Shown here piece by piece: positions 12,036 through 23,755 of a DNA stretch of 64,000 bases. This DNA comes from Asterias rubens (taxonomy: Eukaryota), in assembly GCF_902459465.1 (NCBI RefSeq), contig NC_047070.1:1364001-1428000 (forward strand), in the 5' to 3' direction. The translations under genes and the position numbers were made by a program. The notes below the pieces were generated by a model. It made no database searches, was not told where the DNA came from, and saw nothing but the letters and a program-made list of their open reading frames with translations. The stretch's first letter is position 1, and every line of letters starts with the position of its first letter.

Positions 12036-12364
12036 CATGTTGAAATTACACATCATATTCACTCAGGTTTCGATTGAAAATCGTTGGAATTTGTATGTAC
12101 GTGTTAATACTTTATTTAATTTGCATCTGCATAATAATTTTCCTCTGTTTTCCAAATTAAAGTGTATTTCTGTTGAACAAAAATTCACCGAGTTAATCAA
12201 GAATCTTTGTGCAGCGGCCATCTTGGCGATTTCCCTATTTGAATCGCTAAGACGAAACCGAAGCTGGATGGTAAGTCTGGTCCCATTTGGTTGAATGACA
12301 ATCGGTGATTGTTATATATGTTGACTCACACAGGGAGCCTGACATTATGGCAGCCTAACACCTA

Positions 12365-12647
12365 CAGACAGGCGCAGCAGAGACACGCCAAACTAAATAG
12401 ATTAGAAACTCTTAAGTTGACCCAAATAAATTTTGGTTTCTGAACATAACATAACATTTATATTGGCTCGGCTCGTGACAAGATCGATGTCTGAAACCAA
12501 AGCCCTTAATTCACAAGTACATCGATCTTTCGGTTTCTAGTGCTTCCAGTCGCTCCTTACTGTTTCAGAGGTCGACTGTTTCAGAGGTCGAGCTTTTCAT
12601 GTACTTATTCAGAGTTTGGTTTGGCACGACTCTGGAGCGCCCGTCTG
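12365..12647. mobile_element. MITE with CAGACAGGCGC... TIR (Tc1/mariner-like)
   Basis: Inverted ends CAGACAGGCGC..CCAAAC / GTTTGGC..GCGCCCGTCTG; second copy at 16002-16288. Confidence 0.65.
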
Positions 12648-13281
12648 AAAGTGCCTGTCCGAAACATCTCTTTGCTCTCTATGCTTTCAGTGTATTATGT
12701 TGTAAATAAAGTTGACAAATAAATGTGGTTATTTGGAGGAAGGTTTAAAGCTAATGAAGACTTCTGTTTCAAAGAATGATTGTCCACACTGGCCCACAGT
12801 TAGAAGTTCTGTACAAAACTTTATTATCAATTGTTAGTATTATTAATTAGCAGACTTAAAAAACTTATGTAAACCACAAACATTTGGAGGTTTGATTTTA
12901 TTCCAATACAAAAACCATCTTTGCTTAGAAAGAATTGTAAGGAACTTTACTATTTACATAATACAAACCAAGGCCAAAATGTTAAACTGTACAGGATGTA
13001 GTAATATCAGAGTTAAAACTAATTCCCCATTGCAACAATTACTCAAGCCAGGATAAATCGCATCATTTAGACCTCAGAAAACCCTCAAAATGGGGGAATT
13101 TACAAACTGCCACATTTTTCATTTGAGACATTTAAATCTATTCACAAAATAACAATGACTTGAGATAATTAGTTCTGCTGCATGTTTCAAAATGCAAATA
13201 CTGGTTTCCTTTGGACTGCAAAGCCAATCATATGAACTAAATAAAAGGCGTTACAAACGTGCAAAACAGCACTGTCAGATC

Positions 13282-13822
13282 TGAGCCCAATTTCACGGCT
13301 CTGCCAACCGTAAGCAAAGAATCAAAGCTTACAGAAGCAGGGATTTTTGTGCTTATGTCAAGCGTATTTCACAGGTAAGAAGGGAAGTTTTTTGCTTGTG
13401 CACATATCCCCATGCGTACTCCACCTTACTAGCCATTCTTAGCTTACACCTAGCGCATAAATTTGGGACGCGGTCAGGGCTTGAATTTAACACCACAGGC
13501 CCGAGGCCACCAGTGATTTTAGTGTCGGGCTAGAAACTCACAACTGGACAAATAAATAACAAGATTTTGAGGCTGATGAATATCTTCAGTTATGTAGAGT
13601 ACCAAAGTCTACTTGAAACCCATCGGACGAATGCAATCAATCTATTTTGCTCAAAACAAAAACAAACAGTTTATGTTAAAACTGTCTTGTCATTTTGAAT
13701 ATGGTCTTGTGAAACAAATTACAGTCCAGTAAAAATTCTGGGCCAAAAGCTCTGCAGTCTTGTGAATTTTCCCTCCAAATTCAAGCCCTGATGACAAGCA
13801 GAGGCATGAAATTGGGCCCTGA
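13282..13822. mobile_element. GGGCCCAATTTCA-TIR MITE containing a nested hAT-like element (13475-13790, TIR CAGGGCTTGAATTT)
   Basis: Outer TIR GAGCCCAATTTCACGGCTCTGC / GCAGAGGCATGAAATTGGGCCC; inner perfect 14-bp TIR. Outer family also at 25253-25500, 27565-27736, 28366-28655 and 40360-40610. Confidence 0.7.
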
Positions 13823-13918
13823 TGGTAGAGTTACTCTACACTGTAGGAATGTGTCTGAACCTAGGAATATTACACCCCCCCCCCCCCCCCCACACCTACA
13901 CCCCTGATGAGATGATGT

Positions 13919-16900
13919 CTATTTTGGTTTTGTTTCTTGGTCTGTAACTCTTCGGATGTAGATAGCGTCTTCAGGATGATCTTGTTCTCCTTCTTCAAAC
14001 ATGAAGGATGAAGCAATAGCCAAGACGGATCCATCCTTACTGTAAATAGAAAGACAAGAACCAAGTTATTTTGGTATAATACACAACACATTATGGGTAA
14101 CATTACATGGCAATACTAAAATGACATGTTGCAAAATTTAACAACTCTACAAAAGACATGCAAAATCTGGACCAGCCAGATGTTATTCAGCTATTAAAAG
14201 CAAAACAGACTACATGTATTTGTTGAGGCATTCAATGTGGTAATACTAATACTGTTACACTTGTAGACTATCCATGCTACATGGCAAGAGATCATCTGTC
14301 ACTTTAACTTCCAACACCCCCCCAAAATATATATTACACCAAAATCACCAACCATCGGCTGTGACTACAATTGTACTACTTTAGCTTCTAGTGGATCGTT
14401 TTTAACTTCACTACCACTTAGTGAGTTCTTAATTGGTCTCAACCCTTCGACTAGCTTGTTCTAGTCATCGTCAGGAGACTGAGGAAGGATCCTTCAAGTA
14501 AGTTACTCATGGGAGTCTGGATGAAGACTCACCTGAATGCCAGCGAGGATATACTTGTCGGATAACGGTGAAATTGACACAAACGTTTCTTATTGAATCC
14601 ATCCCAGATGTTGACGAATCCATCAGATCCTCCAGTAGCGAAGGTGTTATGACGATTGTGGAACGCTATAGCATTAACAGGGTAGATCTGTTCTACACCC
14701 TCTACCTAAATCAGAAACAAGCGTAGGATTATTAGTAACGGCAAATTTCAAAAGGAGCTTTCATTTAGTTCATTCAAGATACATTTTGTACATAAATTAA
14801 TCATCAAATAAACAATAAAAACTACTGCACAAAAAATAAATAATATTTTATAACATTAGAAAACCCCTGGAAGGAAGAAGCTCTTCGCTATGCTGCTCGT
14901 ACACCAATGTCACACGTGCGTTTTGACACACTATTTACTACTGATCTGCCACCTTTTGCGTCAGTGAGGGCGCTGTTTAAAAATGTGACATCATATGTGA
15001 GGAGTGTATTTATTTTTGTTAGATTTATTGATTTGACAATCAGTTGAATTGAACTGGTACAATACATAAAGTTTCTTTAAAAGTAGCTTAAAGGAACATT
15101 ACAGAATTGGTTTTGCTAGCAAAACAGTTGCTGGCAGTGTAAGCACTTTATTTAATCCACCATATAAACTGACAAACCTGTAGAAGTTTGAGATCGATCA
15201 GCCATCTCGGTCACGAGAGAATAGTGAAAAACCGATTTCAAGTTTTACGATGCATCGATGCCAAAATAAAAATGAATAAAACGCTCACTGAGCGATAAAC
15301 TCCAAACGTGAAATGGGATTATTTATTTCTCATTAAATATGACATTTCAGATAGAAATATTTCAAGGGATGTTTTCATCTATCATCATCATTAGACCGTG
15401 TAAGTTTTATGTAAATCTGTGATTCTTCACGATTTTGTTTATTGCCAATTCTGTATTACGTTCCTTTAAAGGATAAGCACACGATTTGTAACAAGCAAGA
15501 GCCTCACCTTAAGGCGGTGACATTTGAAGGCATATTTTTTCTTCTGAATCTCTGGGCTGGGATCAAGGTACTCCACTGCTACTCTCCCCTCGATGCTACT
15601 CAGGACGTACCCCTGCTTGTTAGGGAATGTACGGATACAACGAGTCTGGTACTTCAGGCTGGAATCTCGACGCTGCTGGACGTACCCCATGTTGCGCAGG
15701 TCCCAGACCAAAACTTTGCGTCCTGCTGTGCCGACAATTAGTCTGTCCCCACAAACTGCCATTGTGTAGACCTGCAAGTGAAGGTTTAATTACAACCTTT
15801 AATTTTATTACTTAAATTTGTATGCAATTTTTATGCAATTTCATTTTACTTATACATTTTATTTACAATGTGGTTTTCCAAAAAGTATGCAACAAGGTAA
15901 TGAAACATTGTATTTCTTTTAAGAAATACAATCTTTGATTAGCTTATTGAGCAATAAGAAACGCTCAAAGGCCCAATTAGTTAAAAGTCTTACACCTGAT
16001 TCAGACAGGCACGCCAGAGTCACGGCAACCAAATAGATAAGAAGCTACTCTACGTCGACCCAAATCAATTTTGGTTTTAGACATGCAACTTAACATAACA
16101 TTTACATTGGCTCAACTAATGATAAGATTAACGTCTGAAACCAAGGTGCTCCAGAGTCATTCCAAGCGACTGCTAACAATCAATCTTTCGACTTCTAGCG
16201 TGTCCAGTTGCTCCTTACTGTTTTAGATATCAAACTTTTCATGTACTTAATTCAGAATTTGGTTTGGCGCGGCTCTGGAGCACCTGTTTTAAAGGGATGT
16301 TACTGAGTAGATATGTACCTTATCTGGTTGTGAGAAGGATCCTGCATTACATGGTGTTCTTGGGTCCCATAGCTTTACTGTCTGGTCCCAACTACCTGTT
16401 ACAATAACATTCACCTCAGGGCAGTATTCTACACACTTTACTGGTAACTCATGTGTACCAACTACACTCTCTGTAACAAAAACAACAATAACAAAAAATA
16501 GTTTTAAGGCCTGACGTTTCGACCCTAACAGAGTTTTTATCGAAGGCTAAAAATAACAAACAAGTTTTACAAAGTCAATCAACATTTTCTTTTACAGTTA
16601 TACAACTTACCAAGAGAGCTTATTTCATTTCAACTGTTTCTATCTCATAATTTGAATTGGTAAATAACATTTAAAAAATTAGTGGCAGGCCTAAACATCA
16701 AAAGAACAAAACAATTCCTCCAAAAACAAATCATTTTAAATGACAAAGTATTTTTTTTATAAATTACTGACATAAGACAAACATATGTTGTTGTTTTTTT
16801 GAAAGTGCAAATTATTTTATAGATTACTGCCGTAAAAAAAAATATTTTTCTTTTAGGTTCGAGAGTGTTTGGAAAAAAGCAAAACGTTTCCTCTAAAAAC

Positions 16901-19766
16901 ATCTAATTTTACAAAGTGACAAATTATTTTTATATATTACTGCCAAAAGAAAAATATTTTTCTTCTAGTTTGAGAGAAAAAGCAAAACTTTTCCTACAAA
17001 AAAAAAAATAATTTTACAAAGTGACAAAGTATTTTTTATAAATTACACCAACAAGATAAATATTTGTCTTTTAGGTTTGAAAGGAGATATATTTGGAAAA
17101 GCTTACCAGTACTTGTGTTGATGTCAAATGTTTTTAACGTATGATCTAATCCTGCACTGTAGGTATGGGTTTGATCCTGTGTGGGAGAGAGTAATGTCAA
17201 CACAGAAAATGAGCTGTCTATTCATCAACAAATCAAAGGAAATGTAAATTGGAAGTTAAGAAATAAATCGTTGTTTATTATTATTATTATGGTTTATTTA
17301 TTAACTGCACTGGCGGCCAAGCAGGCCGAAAAAGTACATTTACAAGTAAAAATAGTTTGTTTAAAAAAATATGTATAAATATATATATATAAATAATGAA
17401 TAGGGTAGATGGCCTTAGCTTTCGATCCAATCCGGACCTTCTTCAGAGGCATAAAACAAGTACAAACAAATACATATCCATTTATAGAAAAAGAGAGGGG
17501 GAAAGGGATTAAGGAAAGGATCCAGAAAGAAGCGGGAAAATAACAGCCAATCAAAGTTCCTATTTCAGAAACAATATTGGTGGCTATGAACCAATAGGAG
17601 TGAAGTGGCGAGGACAAAGGATGTTTAGAATGAAAGGAAGGGTTACTGGACCATAAAAGTGGTAAATGTATTGTTCGACAACAATGCAGGGAGACATGAA
17701 AGGGTAGGATTAGAGAGCAAGTTGCATCATGATGCAACTAACAATGGTCAATTAATAAGAATAGCAAGATCAAAGGTATGATGATTTTAAAAATAGGTAT
17801 GAGGGACCTGTGGAAAAAAAGGGGGGGGGGGTTACTTACATCAGATAGTTACAGTGATGAATTTATAAAAACAACTTTAAACTAGGTTAATTTATACTTT
17901 ATGTACAGAATATATACAACATACAAGTTCTTAGGCAGAAGTGAAGTGGAGGGTAATGAGAAGTTATTTAACACCAGTGTTTATGTTAAGTCCAAAGGGT
18001 TTGACTGTCTTGAGTTGGTGAATCCAGTGTGATTCTCTATTCTTGCGGTGTGTGTCATCACCATTGCAAGCTTCAATCACCAGAAGTTCAACATCAATGA
18101 CACTATGATTGGGGCTGTTGAAGTGGATAGAGACTGGGTACGGTTTCTTAGCCTTTATGGAAGAGACATGATATATATATATATATATAAATATGTAATT
18201 ATTTTAAAATTAATTGCAAGAACAACGCAAAAGCACATTAAAAAGCTTGAATCAACACTGGTGGTCAGGCAGTCCAAAAAGAACGTATTACAAGTAAAAC
18301 GTATTACAAGATTAAAACTAAATGAATAATAAGCTTGGACATTCATAAAACTGTTGAGGGACCCAAAGATTGTTCCCTGAGCAAGTTCCCTGAGCAAGCA
18401 AAATTATAGTCAATAAAACAAAACATGTCACTGTGTGACCTGCTTGGATCAAATTAAACTTAAAGGGATACGTTGCCTTGCATCGGGCAAGTTGGTCTAT
18501 GAAAATAGTTGAAAAACACATGGTTAGAAAGATGTTTTAAAAGTAAAATACAGTGATCAACACAAGTAAGCCTAACAATTGATTGGTCCACCATTTAGTG
18601 GAGTCAAATATTTGACTCTACAAAATGGCGTGAGGTTAGTTTAAAATATTAAACATTTTCAGAAAAAACAAAAACTTTTGGATCATTATCAAAGAATGAC
18701 CCTACTATTTAGGCATACATATAATAAATAAATCTCATAAAAAATGATGAAATTCATACAAAATGATATTATTATGAAACACAGCCAAGAAATTAATTGT
18801 ACATGATTTACAATTAAAAAACAAAAGAAGTGAATGAAAGTTTACAGCAACGTTAAGTACATAACAAAAAATACATTAAAATATTGCACAGAGTAAACAA
18901 GTAAAAGAGTAAAAGCGGGAAATGGTACAAATAATTTGAGGGTTATTCAATGGGAATCTGTAAGGAAAAGAAACAATGAAAAAGTTTTCATCTGCAAGTA
19001 TATGGGACACTCTTGAAGGAGCACGATTATTTTGAGTAATTATCAACAGTCGGGTCCACTGCCTTAAAGGCAGTGGACACTATTGGTAATTACTCAAAAT
19101 ATTTATTAGCATCGAACCTTACATGGTAACAAGTAATGGGGAGAGGTTGATAGTATAAAACCATTGTGAGAAATGGCTCCCTCTGAAGTAATGTAGTTTT
19201 CGAGAAAGAAGTAGTTTTCCACGAATTTGATTTCGAGACCTCAAGTTCAGAATTTAAGGTCTCGAAGTCAAGCATCTGAAAGCACACAACTTCGTGTGGC
19301 AACGCAAGGGTGTTTTTTCTTTCATTATTATCTCGCAACTTCGATGACCAATTGAGTTCAAATTTTCACAGGTTTGTTATTTTATGCATATGTTGAGATA
19401 CACCAAGAGAGAAGACTTGTCTTTGACAATTACCAATAGTGTCCAGTGTCTTTAAAGATCTACATGTATCTAAGCTCTTTGTAAAGTTACACAATTTACA
19501 AATGATAGAACAAACAAAACTTTTAATAAAATGTTTTTGGTAAAAATGATCAGAAAACTTTGACCTACATAAAAGCAGCAGTCCAGAACAGCGTGGGTAT
19601 GATTGTATTTAGTTCTCATCACATTGGCCTCAATGTCGTACAATCTAACGCTCTCATCCCAGGACGATACCAGAAGAAACTGAGATGTGTTCGGACCAAA
19701 CTTGACTGATGATATGCCATCATTGGCACATTGGTTCAATTTGAACTCGTTCGATACTTCAGGCAT
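13919..19766 (-). CDS. BUB3: Mitotic checkpoint protein BUB3 (WD40), 325 aa
   Basis: Exons 19569-19766, 17107-17176, 16319-16470, 15508-15771, 14533-14705, 13919-14039 (978 nt). NEFKLNQ...DGISSVKF; [11 protein letters not shown]; EGRVAVEY; YAFKCHRLK; [12 protein letters not shown]; ...ETKPK*. The ATG exon acceptor is at 19780, so a non-coding first exon lies upstream. Confidence 0.97.
14435..14480 (-). ncRNA. Degenerate minimal hammerhead ribozyme motif (Penelope pLTR remnant, family H2)
   Basis: - strand GTCTC-CTGACGA-T-GACTAG(AACAAG)CTAGTC-GAAG-GGTT-GAGAC; GAAAC is mutated to GAAGG. Confidence 0.6.
15088..15469. mobile_element. TTAA MITE family B
   Basis: TIR TTAAAGGAACATTACAGAATTGG / CCAATTCTGTATTACGTTCCTTTAA. 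Confidence 0.85.
16509..16548 (-). ncRNA. Minimal hammerhead motif, U3-A8 variant family H3 (degenerate)
   Basis: - strand GCCT-TCGATAA-A-AACTC(TGTTA)GGGTC-GAAAC-GTC-AGGC. Confidence 0.55.
17400..18170 (-). mobile_element. Penelope-like element 3' fragment: GIY-YIG endonuclease C-terminus plus 3' terminal repeat
   Basis: - strand 18170-17964 translates [68 protein letters not shown], matching the PV..HF...RE..WI..L.T..P.GLN signature of Penelope endonucleases; hammerhead at the 3' end. Not in the ORF track. Confidence 0.85.
17411..17450 (-). ncRNA. Intact minimal type I hammerhead ribozyme motif (family H1)
   Basis: GCCT-CTGAAGA-A-GGTCC(GGATT)GGATC-GAAA-G-C-TA-AGGC: complete CUGANGA/GAAA core, 5-bp stem II, 4-bp stem I, palindromic AGCT stem III, CUA cleavage triplet. 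Confidence 0.75.
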
Positions 19767-19944
19767 ACTGGTGGATTATCTAAAGAAAAAAAAACAAAGA
19801 AAAAAACCCACCATTTAAATCGGTAAAGAATTGAGATTGCACAGAGAAACAAACTGTTAATGTCAAAATCAGCCTCACTTTCACTTTTACTCTTGTATTG
19901 GCTGGACTCGATGAGAGTATCATGCCAGGCTTGTGCTGGGAATG

Positions 19945-20219
19945 GGATTTTATTATAGCAGTTGCTTGAAATTTTTCAAGCTCTGTGCATTCACTAATGA
20001 GTCGTCTGGCTTGTTTTCTCCTCTCCTCGTGCCTTCGGTGCGGATGTAGTTGCCTTTGATGAATCTGGCAGAGCCTCTCTGTATTTTTTCAATGTTTTTG
20101 ATGTTTCCAATTCCTTTCTTATGGGGATCCCATGCCACTGAGGCGTATTTAACATGAAGTCGGACACGGCTGGAGTAGGCAGTCTTCTTTAGCTGTTCTG
20201 GGCAAGCATTATTGGTCAA
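19945..20219 (-). mobile_element. CR1/L2-group LINE RT C-terminal fragment, internally deleted
   Basis: KKTAYSSRVRLHVKYASVAWDPH...IEKIQRGSARFIKGNY fused to LVNAQSLKNFKQLL*, both classic CR1-group motifs. Confidence 0.8.
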
Positions 20220-23200
20220 AAGAGTACAGCTGTAGCGCCCCAGTTACTGGGTCTATGCAGCTACCTGAAACTTACTCGTAGTCCTAAATAGTATACAAAT
20301 ATTGACTGTCTGCAGTCAATATTTGTTTTGTAACAGCCCAAACATTTCTAAATACCGTACTATAATAAGTTACAGACCTGAATGCTACAATCCACGGACG
20401 ACGCATATACAAATTGCGAAAACTGTTACTGTGCTGCATGTAGTGTCATGTAATCTGAAATGGTTACAGACTATTAATTAATTTATCATCCTCGTACACG
20501 CAACTGACGTCTGGGTACTGTACGCCATCTTCGGACTAGCGCACAGCAAACCAAACCGATGCACTATCACACGGCCGTCGTCTAGTAAAACTAAGAGATA
20601 TCATGTGACGCGCTCTAAACCAATGAAAAGGCAGAATATTTGTAAGGGGTGTTATAAAACTGTTTAGGTTCATTCCGCTATCGTCTGGAGACGATAGCGG
20701 ACCTCATATCATAGTTCTAGGAGTTTGAAACTAAGGTAATAAACACAATACGTTTAAAATATCAGCTTAATTTCTATTCAATTAAATTTACTGCAAAGTT
20801 AGTATTATGAGTATGAGGAAAAGAAAAAAGCAACAGCTCTACTGTGGGTTTGTCACTGTGATTGTAATTTAAAAGCTACCAACCAAACCAGAATGAAAAT
20901 TTTCATTCCCTAAGACCCTATTTTATTTCTTCCTCCATACATAACCGAAAGAAGAATCTTTGGTTTATCCACATTTAATAAATGTTATAATATTGTTCCT
21001 TGCTCTATATGATAAAACACACGTTCATATATATACCGTATCTAGTGTAGAACGTAGTATTAAACAAGAGTCGGTCGGCGCGGCTTCGACGTAACAAATA
21101 ATTAACATAATCAAAAAGAGAAACAAATCTGTCGGAAATAGACGACCACCGCTTGATCATTGCGTTAGCCTCTTCTTCAGTGGTTCATGAATATCGTGTA
21201 AACAGCAACACAATCAGTCTTTTCCAACCGTTTTATTGTGAATAACCGACAGATAAAAGTAGTATTTATTTAAACATCCTATGGTTACAAAAATAAAGTG
21301 TGTAAATGTTCAATTTATAGTCATAAGAGTAGGAACAATTTAATTACCTGAACCAAAAACGTCGACAGACCACGAAAAGAACGTGTGATGTGAAGTTTTG
21401 AATTTGGATGACAAATTAGGCTGGTCCCACTTCAAAATATTCACATTTCAATATGTACGTTTAGGTTGGGTGCTAGACTCGTAGTATAGTCCAGAATTAT
21501 TCCGATTTTTTTTTTTGCCTTGTCCTGACACTTTATAATAAAGCACCAACCAATAAAACAAATATATCATGGATTTAGTTCTCTGTCCTTACTCTATGGT
21601 TAATTCAATTAACAACATTGATAACTGTCAAAGACCAGTTTCCGCATTTAAATTTCTGAAATAGCAAATCTATTAAACTTGAAAAAGCGCCGAACATGTA
21701 AAAGTAGGTCGAATCTCTAGAATTTAGAGGAAAAAAAGAGAGAAAAACTTGGTTTTCCTGTACAGGTTTTGATTTCATGAGATCAAAGTGATTTGATTTA
21801 TCCATTTCTCAAAAACTATGGCATTTCAGATTACATTTTTCCCAGGCAAATTGTCCATTATGACTATTTTTAACCATAAAATATGCATGTACACATCGAT
21901 AACCATTAATTTTGTTTTGCACCTAAGACTCAATTTACCAGAACCCAAAGCCTAAACAAACATGAACTACAAAATGGACTAGCTTGATCAACCTCTAGGA
22001 GGAGACCGTACCTAATCCCACTCATTAAAATAGAACAAGGAGTCAAAAGTAAAACAAAATGAAACAAACTCAATCATACATTTCCTATCTTATTGGTTTA
22101 TTTGGAATAAAAACACAAACTTTTTAGTTTTTGGTAAATTTTAACTAACTTTAAATATGACACAATTGTTTTAGAGAATACACACACACACACACATACT
22201 TTACAGTTTACTTAAAAAAGTTTTATACATAAATAATTAAAATGACAGGCATAGTACAGTTTTCGTTTTTGAAACCTCAAGAAAAATTTCGAGATAAAAA
22301 GTTAATTAAAGTCGATTAAAGTTTAGTCAAATTGAACAGTTCTCGGTTAAAATCTACAAAATAAACATAAATGTTTTTGTTTGTAGATTTTAAGACAAAA
22401 TTTGATTTCGTTTCCCCCCTCTACATATTTTCAAGAAAATGTATATAATATCTTAGACTAGTCTAGACTAGAGTTAAGACTAGTCTCATCGTTTTGGTTA
22501 TTTTTGGTTATTTTTGAATCTATAAATTGATTCTTTTGCATAAACTCAAAGACGTTAAATAGTTTTAATACACAAAAACACATCGTGAATACAGTTAAGA
22601 TTATTTCATGCAATATAACTCTGTTTTATAGATTAGTATATGTCAACAAAATTTAATATAAATTTAATATCAATCATTTCCATAAAATCTTTTGAGGTGG
22701 TATCAGGCACAATCAGAGAGTGACTCTTTTTTCCGATTGAGTAACTTTCCCTCTTCCAATAATGAAAGAATCCTTCTTTCTATCTTTCTCCTCCAAAGAG
22801 GCCGACAGCATTCCCACCCCATCTTACTGGGTAATGGCAAAAAAAAATGCTTAAAAAATCTCTGTATAGTAATCATGAGCAGAATACCAGTCACCATTTG
22901 AACAAGTGACGTGGAATTTTGGCTGGTAACCTTATTTTGGTATATAGCATATCTTTGTTTTGCTAACATTATTTTTTTGCTCAAGCAGCTCTTAGAAATT
23001 CGGGCCCGGGCCTATAACATAGCAACAAAATTCTTCGCAAGACAAATTGTCAGCATAACCATGGCGATTTGTATTGTGACGGCCAACTTAACTTAGCAAC
23101 TATGATTGATTTGCAGTTAAAAACCAATCTTAGCTCTTTGTGAAATTGGCCCCTGACCACCAAAGGCTTGAAACACATTTCATTGGAAATTGTGTTCGAC

Positions 23201-23278
23201 ATCCCTTGTGTTCGATAAAACATCTCTATTACCATGTAAAATTGCAAACAGTCTGAGGAGTTTCTGCTGACCATTCAT

Positions 23279-23666
23279 TTAAATGAACACGCTGCCTTGG
23301 ATCGGACGAGTTGGTCTATAAAAGCGTTTGTAACCGTTTTTTTATGAAATGCATATGGTTGGAAAAATGTTTTAAAAGTAGAATACAATGATCCACACAA
23401 GTTTGCCTCAAAATTGCGTGGTTTTCCTTTTACTGTGAGAACTATCACGGTTGACCATTTATGGGAGTAAAAAATTTGACTCCTATAAACGGCCGATCGC
23501 GTTAGTCGACGAGGTAAAGGAAGACCGTGCAATTTCGAGGCATGTTTGTGTGAATCATTGTATTCTACTTTTACAACATCTTTCTACCCATTGAATTTTA
23601 TAACAAACGGTTACAATCGCTGTTCAAAGACCAACTCGACCAATCCAAGGCAACTTGTTCCTTTAA
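23279..23666. mobile_element. TTAA MITE family C (nearly fully palindromic)
   Basis: Arms GAACACGCTGCCTTGGATCGGACGAGTTGGTC / GACCAACTCGACCAATCCAAGGCAACTTGTTCC; other copies at 52043-52412, 52413-52699 and partial 18460-18630. Confidence 0.88.
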
Positions 23667-23670
23667 TTCC

Positions 23671-23755
23671 AAGGCCGTGTCCAAAACGGCAACTTCAACA
23701 CTGGCAGACGCGCTGATCTTGCCGTAGATGAAGTTGCTGTTTCGGACACAGCCTT
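23671..23755. mobile_element. 85-bp hairpin MITE (Harbinger-like TIR AGGCCGTGTCCAAAACGGCAACTTCA)
   Basis: Inverted arms of about 27 bp; related element at about 11368-11482. Confidence 0.6.

Noticed and set aside
14946-14976. AGAGGGCGC / GAGGGCGCTG motifs (also about 30357 and 53738) as CTCF sites
   Set aside because: Only partial matches to the CTCF consensus, and embedded in repeat-like contexts; not supportable without ChIP or PWM scoring.
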